Positions 49,504 through 60,971 of a stretch of DNA of 64,000 nt are shown here, piece after piece. The position numbers and the translations under genes are program-made. This stretch comes from Pseudogymnoascus verrucosus (taxonomy: Eukaryota), in assembly GCA_001662655.1 (NCBI GenBank), contig KV460257.1; one strand, written 5' to 3'. Below the pieces are notes generated by a model. That model was not told the DNA's origin. It did no database searches and worked only from the letters and a program-made list of their open reading frames with translations. How positions within the stretch are numbered: position 1 is the stretch's first letter; the number at the start of each line of letters is the position of its first letter.

Positions 49504-51212
49504 ATGGGTGATCCATTATACCCCTCTCAATATGAGCGCATACCAAACTACGAGGGATTCACCCCGCAAAGCGCAGTATGTGATCTCTATCACTCTCAGG
49601 GTCGCGACGGTTTGGGCATACTGTACTCACAGTACGACCAGGTCTCATCTTTCAACCTACCACTCATCTACGACTCGACTTTAACAACACCCGTATCGCT
49701 CGGCGCAGACTCTCCCGTCCTCGCGTCCAAGCCTGCCTCCTCTACTATCCACTGGGGCCGCGAACAGTCCCAAATGAACTATCCCATGCGGGACAATCGT
49801 GCAATCTTCAGCCACAACCAGAACAACAACCGCATGAAATCAAATGCCAAAGACTCGACATTGTCTCTCCAAGTTCCCCAGAGTTTAAACGGAGACCACG
49901 GACTCGGCTTCCCTACTTACAACATGTTTGACTCTCCTCAAATCCCCTGCCCTCCAACTCCGTACTTTGGCTCCTTCGGCGTCTCCGGTGCCCAGGTAGC
50001 ATCTCCGACACCATCCCTACCCTCCAACGTCCACTCAGCATCCCAGCTCAGCAGTGCGAGCACGCCTTCAATGCACCACAGCATCCCGCTCGGCCAAAAC
50101 AACGCTCCCATCCTCATTGCTCCTACTCCAGGACAACTCCGTCCAAGCAAGCGCTCTCACGATTCCCCCATCAAGACTGAGCAACAGCACCACGGGATGC
50201 CATACCACAGCCGACCTCTGCAGCAGCACGAGCAGTCCCCAAACCACTTCAACCCGCCCATAAAGCGCGAGTCTCCTCCGCTGTCACTGTCATCCCAGAA
50301 GCGCCGGAAGCAATCCGACCCAATGACTCCTGTCTTCAACCAACCCCATCGAATGCCCTCAAGCGACGCATCAGCCGTTGAGTTCCACGGAAGCCAATCC
50401 CGCTTCAAGCCATTGGCGGGCAACACCCAGTCCCCCCAGCCCGTGATGACCGAGGAAGAAGAATTCCTGATCCACCTCCGCAAAGACCGCGAGCCCAAGC
50501 CCGACTGGAAGACGACGGTGGAGGAATTCAAAGCGCACACGGGCAAAGAGTTCCGCATCCCGGCGCTGCAGATGCGCTACTCGAGGCTCAACGAGAGGCT
50601 GCGCGTGTGGTCTGCTAAGGACGTGAGTGCCGCTCAACACTCTGAGGATGTCGTTGCTTGGGGCCACGACGACGACTTCCAGGTCTACGTGAACTAACGA
50701 AATACCATCAGATCAACGCCCTGACCCGCTCCAAGGCCGAGTTTGAGAAGTCGAAGTGGGAGAGTGTCGCGAATGGGATGATGAAGTATGACTGTGAGGT
50801 CAAGTGGTCGGCGAGGGCTTGTCAGCAGAAGTATGCGGAGTTGAACCCGGAGGAGCTGGATGAGGCGCCGCTGGAGCTGAGTCCGGATCCGGAGGCGTAT
50901 AGTGAGGTGGGGAGGCATAATAGCTATGTGAATATTGGGGTGCAGGAGTATGGGATGGCTAGGCAGGGCCATCATCATCAACAGCAACACCCGCAGCAGC
51001 AGAGGCAGAGGGTGACGCCGGAGGGGAAGAGTAGTAGAGAGCAGAGCGCGGATGTGAGAGTGGAGAACTACAAGAATATCCAGGTGGATGCAAACAATCA
51101 ACTACAACTCCTGCGGCAGCAACAGCAACAGCAACTTTTATCAAAGCGGATGCAGCTTGGGCAACAGCAACAGGAGCAGCAGCAACACTGGGGCATGGGC
51201 GGGCAACAATAA
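49504..51212 (+). CDS. Myb/SANT-like domain protein, probable transcription factor
   Basis: Intron 50623-50711. Disordered S/P-rich N-terminus, then MTEEEEFLIHLRK..PDWKTTVEEF..ALQMRYSRL and WSAKDINALTRS..KWESVANGM..WSARACQQKY (two Myb-like repeats), and a Q-rich tail. Confidence 0.75.
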
Positions 51213-52772
51213 GAAGAACTACACCCCTTCACTCAAGACGGCATCAAGGCGGGGTGACTACAAGAGACAATTGGCACGACGACGAACACAAAGACATCCT
51301 CAGAGCAAAGACTGAGATTACCAGATAACAGCAACGGCGACGGCAATAGAGATTCACAAGAGGCCATACAACGGCATTTACATTTCGTGCTTTTCAGCGG
51401 TGTCAGCAAGCAAGTACGTGCGCATCATCAGAAGAGAGACATTAGGGACGATAGGGGGCGCGCCTCGATACAGAGGCCGAGCATTGGAGTTGAGCAATAC
51501 CAAACGGGAAGACGACTGAGGGACGGACGGGAGGGGAGTTGGGGGGGGGGACAGGTTGGGCGGCAGTGTGAAACCAAACACTCATTTGATTTATTTCCAG
51601 CGCATTTACTTCACTTCTTCTGTATCTATTTTACACCTAATGAACCAAGAATCTTTTTCAACTCCCTCCTCTCCTCTACTCCACACTGTAAACCACTTCC
51701 CGTACACAACTCCCTATCCCTACACACCTCATGCCCTAAAAAAGCCGGCCCCCGGCCTGCACACCCCCCCGTTCCCCGGCGGCAGGGCCCCGTTCTAGCC
51801 TTCTACGCCTACCTTCCCTCAGCTAACCTTCCGGGGTGCTGCTCCACCGATGACAACCCATTACAGCGTCAATGGTTGCTAAGCACCTACCTCCGCCCCC
51901 TGTAGCTCCAGCACCGCCCGCCCGCCGTCGGAGATCAAATGTGGCACAGCACAGCACACCGCAGCAGCCACGCCGTAGCGTCCCCCGGGCGACCTTTAGC
52001 CGCCGCACCACGCACTCGGACCCGAATGCGCCGCCTGATCCGAGCACCGCCCGCCCGCCGCGCTGCACCACACTCTGTCCTGCGCATAGAGTGCGGTAAG
52101 TAGGGTACGCTTACGGAGCGTGCGCCGGTCCTGGTACCCTGCGCCGCATGGGGGCAAGGTTGCGAAATTTCAACATCGGTTATGCAACCACGCAGTCGGT
52201 GGAGTAGAATCTGCTAATTTGCGGCTTCCGTCTCAATCGCCTGGGACACGTAGGGTGTGTGCGCTGCGCGCTGGCGGACGTTAGGGCGTATCTCCGATCC
52301 ACTTACAGCTACACAGCTACATCATTCTCGCCGTAAACGCACACCCCTGTCGAGGAACCGGGTGCCTGGCGTGCGTGCGTGCCCCTCCCCGCTCCCCCTC
52401 CCTTGTCGGGAAAAGCAAGCCAAAAGCGGAAAATCCGTTCGGAAGAGCCGATGAGGGGGTTTGGCCCCCAAACGACGCGGCCGGAGATGCGACCGTTTGT
52501 GGTGGCAGATTGCGAGGCAGATTTGGGGGTTGTCGGTGAAAACAGGTTGGATGAAGAGGGGGTTGTGAGGGGTTTGTAGGGAGGCAGATAGGCGGCAGCG
52601 TTACGATGGCAGGCGCGCGGAGGGGAGAGGGGGGAGATAGCTGCCCGCACGCTGACAGTGGCGGGACGGCCAGATATCGGGGTGTGTCGATCGTTGATCT
52701 ACGGGTGCCTGGTGCGAGCTACGTAGTAGGTTGATATGTCCATGTCCATGCCCTACCTCGTGGTTGAACCCG

Positions 52773-52842
52773 CCTTCCTTCCTTCCTTCCTTCCTTCTTT
52801 CCTTCCTTCCTTCCTTCTTTCCTTCCTTCCTTCTTACCTTCC
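52773..52842. repeat. (CCTT)n microsatellite
   Basis: ccttccttccttcc... with a few TCTT interruptions. Confidence 0.9.
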
Positions 52843-52909
52843 TCCCCCCTTCTTCCTACACCACATCTACAACACTAGTAGGAGGAAGCTAATGTGATGC
52901 GACGGACAT

Positions 52910-53003
52910 GGGACGGGATATACTCTTCAACGGTACAGCTGCCGATTTCTAGTTACAAGGGACGGGGTATATTCTTCAACGGTACAGCAGCCGATTTCTA
53001 GTT
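52910..53003. repeat. 49-bp tandem duplication
   Basis: gggacgggatatactcttcaacggtacagctgccgatttctagtt and gggacggggtatattcttcaacggtacagcagccgatttctagtt. Confidence 0.9.
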
Positions 53004-53659
53004 GCGCAGGGTAGGGCAGTAGGTAGTATTGGCATTAGAAACGGTCCCGTTCGTCAGTTCAGATGCAGGGGCAAAACGTCACCGTCTAGTCTGCGGAGTT
53101 CCCGAACATGGGGATTTGGTTTTGGGAAGATTGGTGGCGGGGGGGGGTGTATTCTGCTCCGGATTGATAAGCTCGGAGCTTGGATTGATAGGGAAGGGGG
53201 ACCTAGGAACGGGTGTTGGTGCCCGATTAGTTTTGGGAATTAGGGTTCTTATTGCTTGCTGATTAAAGGACTAAAGGATTAAACTCTCCGTTCGAGAAAA
53301 ACATCGGTCCTAATGCCCCATTATCGGAACCAACCCCGCATGCACCCTGCGACCCGGTTTTGCGGTCGTCGGACTGTTGGGCTGGATGGGGTTGTAAATT
53401 TCTAAGATTGATTTCTAATGCGCGCTTTGCTGTGCTATGCTGGATGTGTGTATGGAATGGAAACAGGAAAAGGGAAAATGTATGTACTGTCAGGGGTATA
53501 TAAGTCTCCGCCGAAAAGAAAAACACAAATCGCTCCGCCGTCGGGGGATCCTCCTTTCCGCCATATCCCCGCCTTTACCTCCCGCCATTACTGAATCCCC
53601 CTTCCGTCGATGGACCCCGTCTCCCCCCCGCATATTGATGGACCACCTCCCCTCCCTTA

Positions 53660-53890
53660 GCTGAATTCCTCAGTCCCTAGTTTCCCTTCCCCCTGGCTAG
53701 TTTCCTCCCTTACTTCTTCACTTCCCGTGCTGATTATCCCCCCTCTCCCCTTGCTGAATTCCACTCCTCATGCTAGCTTCTTCCCTTACTTCGTCCGTTC
53801 CCGTGTTGAATTTTCCCCGTCTCGCTCCTTGCTGAATTCCTCAATCCTTGGTTTTCTTCCCTTGCTTGGTTTCGTCCCTTGAAGGATTCC
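53660..53890. repeat. Degenerate ~80-90-bp tandem repeat x3
   Basis: gctgaattcc at 53660, 53753 and 53831, each followed by similar ttcccttacttc..ttcccgtg blocks. Confidence 0.7.
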
Positions 53891-54182
53891 CCGCCCCTTG
53901 CTGCATTTGCTGCCTTGCTAGTCTTTCTTCATTCTTAGCTTCCCCCCTCAATTGATTTCCTCCAGCTCGGGTTTTCTCCTCCTTTCCAAGTCCCCGAGTC
54001 CACCATTACGGGTTTGCTCCCCGTTAAAGCTTCATCCCGTCTTAGTTCCCGTCGGACCCACAGTCCAAATCGTCCATCGATGATATTCCCCATCCCGCGG
54101 CCCGCATCCCCCTCGACATCCTCCGTCCTCTCCCTCCACATCTCCCCTCTCCCTCCATCCCCAACGCTTCCCCCCCGCCCAA

Positions 54183-56204
54183 CTAAGGCTCCTTAAACCT
54201 AATCCTAATAATCCCAAACAACATATTCTGCAAAACATGCACCATAACCACCGCACTAGTCGGCAACAACTCCGGCCACCTCCTCAAATCCCTCCACCCC
54301 TCCCCCGCAACCTCCTTCCCAAACAACCCTTTCACCACCCTCCTCACCACCCACGCCGCCACAATCTCACACCCCCACGTCACCGCCGCCAGCCACAGCG
54401 TACGATCAAAATCGTACAGACCCTCCGCATCCCCGCCCTCCGCGCCATCAAACGCGAAGTACGGGTACGCGTCTCTATTAGCGCCGTAGTGCAGGACGAG
54501 GATCTGGCCCAGGAAGGCCGCCATGCTGGCGTTCTCGGCGAGGGACCGGATGAACAGGGTCCGACGGCAGAAGCGCGCGTAGGTGGTGTAGGATTGCGTG
54601 TTTAGGCGCAGGAGGCCGAGGAGGGAGTGGTAGGTGCTGGACATGGTGAGGGGATGGATGATGATGAGGGTTGTGGAGCTGAGGAGTTGGAGGAGCATGA
54701 ATTGTTGGGGGGAGCGGAGGCGCGCGTATAGGGCGCGCACGTAGGTTTGGTAGGTTAGGGAGAAGTAGCTAGATGAGTTGGTTAGTTGGGGTTTGTTTGG
54801 TTGATATGGATAGGGGGACATACAGTTTGAATACCCATCCCAAGGGGTAGCTACTCACGCGTTCCCCGTCGTCGCTTCCGAGTATCCACCCTGTCAGCCC
54901 GTCAAGTAGGTGAATCGTAACAACCCAACTATACACATACACAATCGTCTCCATACTGTCATGCGGCAGCGTCCGCAAATAAATCTCGGCATACGTCTCC
55001 CCCAACACATACGCCAACAGCGCAATAGACAATGTAGCACAAAACCACATAAACCTCACAAAACTCGCCGGGATCCACAACTTCCTCATCCCTAACCCCG
55101 CCCTCGGCGGCATCGCCTCCGCATTATCAATCGCCAGCGGCGCATCCGGATCGAAATTCGCAAGCAGCGCCTGGGGACGCCGCCGGTCCCGTCTAGCGAG
55201 GGTGTCGGATTCGACGTCCCCGGCCCACCAGGAGGTGGTGAAGAGGCGCTGGGTGTCGGAGAGAGAGTTGCGGAGGGAGAGGTGGCGCTCGTGGGAGGTG
55301 AGGATGGCGAAGGCCACGGCGACGGGCATGGCCATTGTGATGAAGGTCCAGAGGATCCAGACGGTGTTGTAGTGGAGGTAGGCGCGGGCGGTGGGGATGT
55401 AGTAGAGTGGGATGGGGGCGGCGATGGAGAGGGCGGCGATGGTGGAGACGGTTAGGGGGAAGCCGAGGGATTGGGGCCACCTGGGGGTAGGGGGTTAGTG
55501 GAAGTTCTTTGATAGGGGGTAAGGGGTAAGGGGTAAGGGGGCGTACCAGTTTAGACTGTAGATGTTAAACACCTTTGTGATCCACATCAAGGCCGTGAAG
55601 TTATAGAACCCATAATACACAAACAGGAAGAACCAGAAATTAACCAGCACCCTCGCCTGTCCATGGCCCGGCACCCGATGTCCATCTGCATCTCCATCCT
55701 CCTCCCCTCCATTTCCCGGCAACGCATACTGCGGAAACGGAATCGCACACCACGCCACAGCCTAAACAAATCATCGTCAGCTTCACTTCACTCCAACCAT
55801 TCCGCCACCACCACCCCAATCCAGGAAGAAGGCAAACTCACAATCCCCGCCGGCAACCCCACCACAACAACCCACCTCGCAATCCACCACCCCAACACCC
55901 ATCCCACAACCTCCCCCTTCGGCTGCACCCAAACATCCCTCACCCCCTCCCAAAGTTTCCACCCCCCATCGCCCTCCGCACCCCCCCGTCCCCCATCACC
56001 CCTCCCCCCATCCCCCCTTCCAACACCCTCCTCCTCGCTCCTCGACCGAAACAACGACCCATACCCCACACTCCCAAAGAACTCCCCTTTACTCTTTTTC
56101 TTCCCCAGACTGGGACCGGGGACGGCCCTGAAGCGGCCGAGGAGGGGTGTGCTGTCTGGGCCGGCGGGCTCGCGGCCCTCGCTGAAGGAGAAGAGGGGGG
56201 GCAT
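54183..56204 (-). CDS. Multi-pass membrane protein of unknown function
   Basis: Four exons (introns ~55830-55772, ~55547-55481, ~54824-54769). Many hydrophobic segments: FWFFLFVYYGFYNFTALMWITKVFNIYSLNW, FVRFMWFCATL, VYVYSWVVTIHLLD, YFSLTYQTYVRALYARL. Confidence 0.8.
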
Positions 56205-57368
56205 TTACATGGTGTGGGGGAGGGGTGCTGGGTGCTGCTGGTATGGAGGAGGTGTGGTGGTCGTGGTGGTCGTGGTTGTGGTTGTGGGTGGTGGTGGTAT
56301 CGCGTGTGTTTGGTCGTCCAGGGTGAAATATCGTGTGCTCTCGCCCCCCAGCGAATCTCGCGCCTGTCAACCTCGCGATCGATCGATCCTGTCGTACCGC
56401 CTGCACTATCCTATCATATCCTCTCCTATGCAGTGTAATCGTGACCCTCCGTGTGTCGTGTGGTTGTCTCGTCGTGCAGCAGCAGCAGTCGTAGCAGTAG
56501 CAAACGCAGCCGTTTCGGGCGATGGTCGGAGATCGCAATCGTAGGTTGAGATAGGATAGCTTCTGATTTGGGTCTTGGTATGATGATTTGATGTCTAAGG
56601 GGACAGGGGTACGCACCCCTGCGGGAGCGAGCCGAGGCCGAACTTCCCGTTCTGGCATCCCATCATCACCCCCACCTTGGAAAAATGGTCGGCGCTAAAA
56701 AAATAATTTTTATAAATTTTTTTATTCGAAAATTATGGTTTTTTTTTACTGATAAGGGAATTCAAAGCTGAGCTTATCATATCGTATTGTGGCTGTCTGT
56801 CTGATGCAGCCCTCTTGCTGTTTGCAGCTCTCTACATACATACAGTGTGGTGTGTGTGTGGGCATAATCCGCGGGGAACGTAAGAAGTGAACGAGACAAG
56901 AACGGGCGGGGGGAACTACTCCTCACCCCGATAGGGCCTCAGCTCAGCCAACACAATGTAAAAAGAGGAATCGGTAGGTCGTGAGTGAGCGGCGTACAAA
57001 AAATGCAGCCAGAAACCGCCACTAAAGCGAATCTGTGACGCGATCCGGGGTTCGCTATACGCACATCTTCTACAAAGTCGGTGAAGGGATAAGGCTACTC
57101 GAACACCGCAGAAGCGTGATTCGCGCGGGGAGATGGGGAAGTGCAGTGTCTCAGCGCGGGCTGGCCGCATATAGAAGCTACTCACTTACGTGCTTCTGGG
57201 GAAGGAGGGGGAGAGGTGTAACTGTGAACCAAAATGACAAAACAACGAAACAAAACACGACAATTTGTGAGCTCGTGTGTTTTCCGGGAACAGTGTGTGC
57301 CTGATTTTGTGTAATGCCTAACGAAACTCCCAATATTTGTCCACTGTTTCAGTCCGGGGGATCATCCA

Positions 57369-57593
57369 GCCGCTCCCTGTCTAATCCATCCATCGCCATG
57401 GAAATGATCCGCACCATGGCTTCTTTTCCCCGCGATTCAAACATAACATTATTAAGTAGCCCAGCTTTCAAGTGGCGGAGTGGAGGGGTGAGTGTAGAGA
57501 GAAGAGAGGTGAAGTAGCCCGCCGTCCGTCGCCGTTTCTGTATCCTTGATCTTCCGAAATCCGCATCGCCGCTCCCTGTCTAATCCATCCATC
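57369..57593. repeat. 26-bp direct repeat downstream of APT1
   Basis: gccgctccctgtctaatccatccatc at 57369-57394 and 57568-57593. Confidence 0.85.
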
Positions 57594-57794
57594 CGCCCAT
57601 CCATCTGTTCAATCCCTAACAAAAATCCATGCAACAAAGTCCTTGCCTCCCATTCGAACAGGTCTAGAGCTGTGAAAAAGTATTGTAATTTTTTTGGTAT
57701 CTGTATCACATACGTCGCAGCGCAAGATCGGACGGAGTATATTTGTGTTTTAAAGTTCGTCGTGTAATATCGGGTGTGTGAGATGGGATGTCGT

Positions 57795-58581
57795 CTACTG
57801 CTTCTCCTCCTGCGCGAGAAGGGTGCGCACAGGGGCGTTGAGCAGGTCGCGGCCCTTAAGGAAGTCGAGCTCGAGGATAAAGAGGTAGCCCATGACTTCA
57901 CCTCCGAGCTTCTCGACGAGGTCGCCAGCTGCCTTTGCGGAGCCGCCTGCGGGTGAAAAAGTCAGCACACTGCATTTTCTCGATCAATCCCTCACAACTG
58001 ATGACAGCTCCCGACCTGGGAAAAAAACCCCCCATATGAGAGATGAGTAAAAAAAAATGAGACATACCAGTAGCGATAATATCATCCACCACCAACACCT
58101 TCTGTCCCTTCTCAACAGCATCCCCCTGCATCTGAAAGAAATCCTCCCCATACTCCTTCTTAAACCCCACCTCAACCGTCGGACCCGGAATCTTCCCACT
58201 CTTCCTCACAGGCGCAAACCCACATCCCAACCTCAGCGCCAGTCCCGGCCCAAACAAGAACCCCCTCGCATCAAGCGCCACAATCACATCCGGCACGCCC
58301 CCAAAGCCGACCAGGACCTCCGCCTCCAGAGCAGCGAGCAGGGTCTCCTGGCGCGCGGCGGTCGCGAACAGCGGCAGGATATCAACGAAGTCGATGCCTG
58401 GGATTGGGAAGTCGGGGAAATGGCGGAGCGCAGAGTGCAGAGTTAGCTTTGCACTGGCGAGTTCGGCGGCGCGGGTGGCATCGGGGGCGGCGAGGGGGAG
58501 GCGTCCCGCGGCATTGTTGGGGGTTTCGACGGCGGCGACGGTTGTTGCAGCGGCGGTGGTGGTGGAGAGGGATGAGGGCAT
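57795..58581 (-). CDS. APT1: Adenine phosphoribosyltransferase
   Basis: FPDFPIPGIDFVDI, LDARGFLFG, VRKSGKIPG, KEYGED; intron 58067-57947 completes the PRPP motif VLVVDDIIATGGS; TAG 57795-57797. Confidence 0.95.
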
Positions 58582-59035
58582 CGTGGGAGAGGAAGGGGAG
58601 GTGGAGGGTGAGGTAAGGGAGGTTTGTTGGGGGGTTTTGTGTGCGTGGGATGCGTGTGTGTGGTGTGTGAGATGGCGGTGGAGGGGAGAGGGTGTGGTTG
58701 GAGGGGAGGGGGGGTAGAGGTAGTTTTCAGGTGGGATGAAAAAAGGAATTCCGGCCGTTGTGCCGTAGCGTGGTGGTAGAGGGGTGTAGGGGTGGGAAGA
58801 GGGTGGTGGGGTGGTGGGAGGTCCCTTTCTATTGCCCCTCCCTACTAGATTACTACGCCCTATAGCACATACTTAGCACACTCACCCCGTCGTCCTATCG
58901 CACCATAATAAACCCCCACCTGTAAGGAGATGTATGTACTCTACCGCATTGTACTGTGCTAGGGAATAGGAAAATGTATGGATAGTGGGGTTATACTCGA
59001 GTAACTGTAGGCAGCTGCAATGAGGAAGCCGCGGT

Positions 59036-59197
59036 GATGTAAGGCGTGTTTTGTATGTAAGATGTAAGGCGTGTCTTGTATGTAAGGGTAAGGTGGTGTA
59101 TGTATGGCGAAATGTATATTTATATAATTATCCTATACACTCTCCTGCACTTTCGTATAACCATCGTATAACCATCGTATAACCACCATCGTATAAC
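59036..59197. repeat. Short tandem repeats: 25-bp x2 (59036-59085) and TCGTATAACCA x ~4 (~59153-59197)
   Basis: gatgtaaggcgtgt(t/c)ttgtatgtaa twice; tcgtataacca repeated. Confidence 0.8.
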
Positions 59198-59955
59198 TTA
59201 TATTGGTGTGTGTGTATATCTAACTAGGAAGCAAACAAGTTCTGTCATATATCACATATTGTCTGTAGAAGGAGTACTCTAACGTAAGTACCCTGTCTGC
59301 TCTGTATACATACAGTCAGACGTCCGATAGTTAGAGGGGATACAAGGAGGTAGGTACCCTCTCTACTCTATTTTCTTCTCTCTATCCCTAACACACCTTA
59401 CACCTCACACCTCTGATACAGAAAGTATCCTACTCTACATACAGCAGATCTTATATATAGAAATAGAAATCACTCCTCCGACCTCGCCTTTATCCATATC
59501 CGTGAATACTCAGAGTCATACTCCCTCGCCCCTTTCTTCCATGTCTACTCTACTCTATTCGCGCATACCCGCATTTCTATATATATACTGTAACGTATAA
59601 TATACCCCTCGGCGGGTCCTCGCACCCATTTCACATGAAATCCCCTCTAGTTCCATCCCCATCAAGTCTCACAGATAAGTGCAACACCACCACCGCCACT
59701 CACCACCACATCAACATCTCACCTCCCTCACCGGCCAGTCTCCAGTACACAATCCCCTCCACCCAGCACGTATCACAAAAACGCCATCACCCACCACCTT
59801 CCCACCTTCCTCTCCCTACCTCGCTCTCGCCCCGACCAGGCCAAGTTCGGGTGAGCTACTGCGCGTCCAAGCCCTGCATGTCTAAGTACCGCATCTATCG
59901 CAGCAGCGCAGAGTAGGCCGAAGCAGGGAGGTGGGGCTGGAGGTGTGGTAGAGGA

Positions 59956-60013
59956 TATCAAGACAGGTATCAAGACAGGTATCAAGACAGGTATCAAGAC
60001 AGGTATCAAGACA
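59956..60013. repeat. 12-bp minisatellite (TATCAAGACAGG) x ~4.8
   Basis: Perfect copies seen directly. Confidence 0.92.
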
Positions 60014-60971
60014 AGCGTATGTAGAACCAAGAGAAGTATACATATAATCAAGCAAGCTACGTGATTTACGCATACCATCATCTATCGCGTCCATCCTATA
60101 CCATATCCATATCCATATCCCTCTAATATGTACACCTCCCAAACAAGCCCAGCCCAGCCCATCTTGGAACTCTCGCCCAGCTTCCTACCCTCCAAGCTCC
60201 AAGCCCATCCATCCCATCGAGCCTCTCACATCCCACCCCCCTATCACCGTCCCCCCACCCCACCCCCCCACCACACACCCGCATCCACCCAGGTACCTCC
60301 AACCTCCCCTCCACCACGCATCCCTCTCTCGTCCACTCAGTGACGCACGCCCTTCCCAGCCTCCAGCCTCGGGTGCGCGTTTGGACCCGGGGAGATACAG
60401 GAGAGAGAGAGAGAGAGAGCTCCTGGCGATCTCACGTCGATAGCCGGTGTTTGTGTAGAAGGAGGAGGAGCTTGGCATAGCTCTCCGGGTAGCTGTTTCG
60501 CTTCCTCGTGTTGCGATGCGATTCACTCACTCACCGGTTTGTCCACCGACGCGTCGAGAACCCTCAAGCCCCTCCATCACGACCACCGCTGTAACACACT
60601 CCCAGACGCAGCTGCTGCATACTGCACCTCCTTCCCGCACGCACCTCGATCCCGCACCTGTACCTACCTATCCCACTACACCTCTCTTCCTCACCGCACC
60701 CTCTCGATATCACGTACAAACACTGCTCAAAGCCTGGATAATCTTCATCCAGCGCACGAGAACGCATCTAGATGCGGTTGCCCGCGGGGGAAGATGTAAG
60801 GTTCCGTAGGGCTGGGGATAGAAAAAAGGCGGGGGGGCTGATTAAGGTGTAATAAAAGATGTAGAGGAAGGGGGTGGTAAAATGGTATGTATAAACGGAT
60901 GTATGGTACATCCAGTAGAGATATATGCGCGCCCGCTATCACGAGCGACCGCACCTTCTCCTGAGCTGGTT

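Noticed and set aside
59635..60142. Short ORFs around the 12-bp minisatellite (LIPV/CLDT repeats)
   Set aside because: The peptide repeats are translations of the TATCAAGACAGG minisatellite; the nearby GTGAGC..CAG has only a weak branch site and gives no coherent gene.
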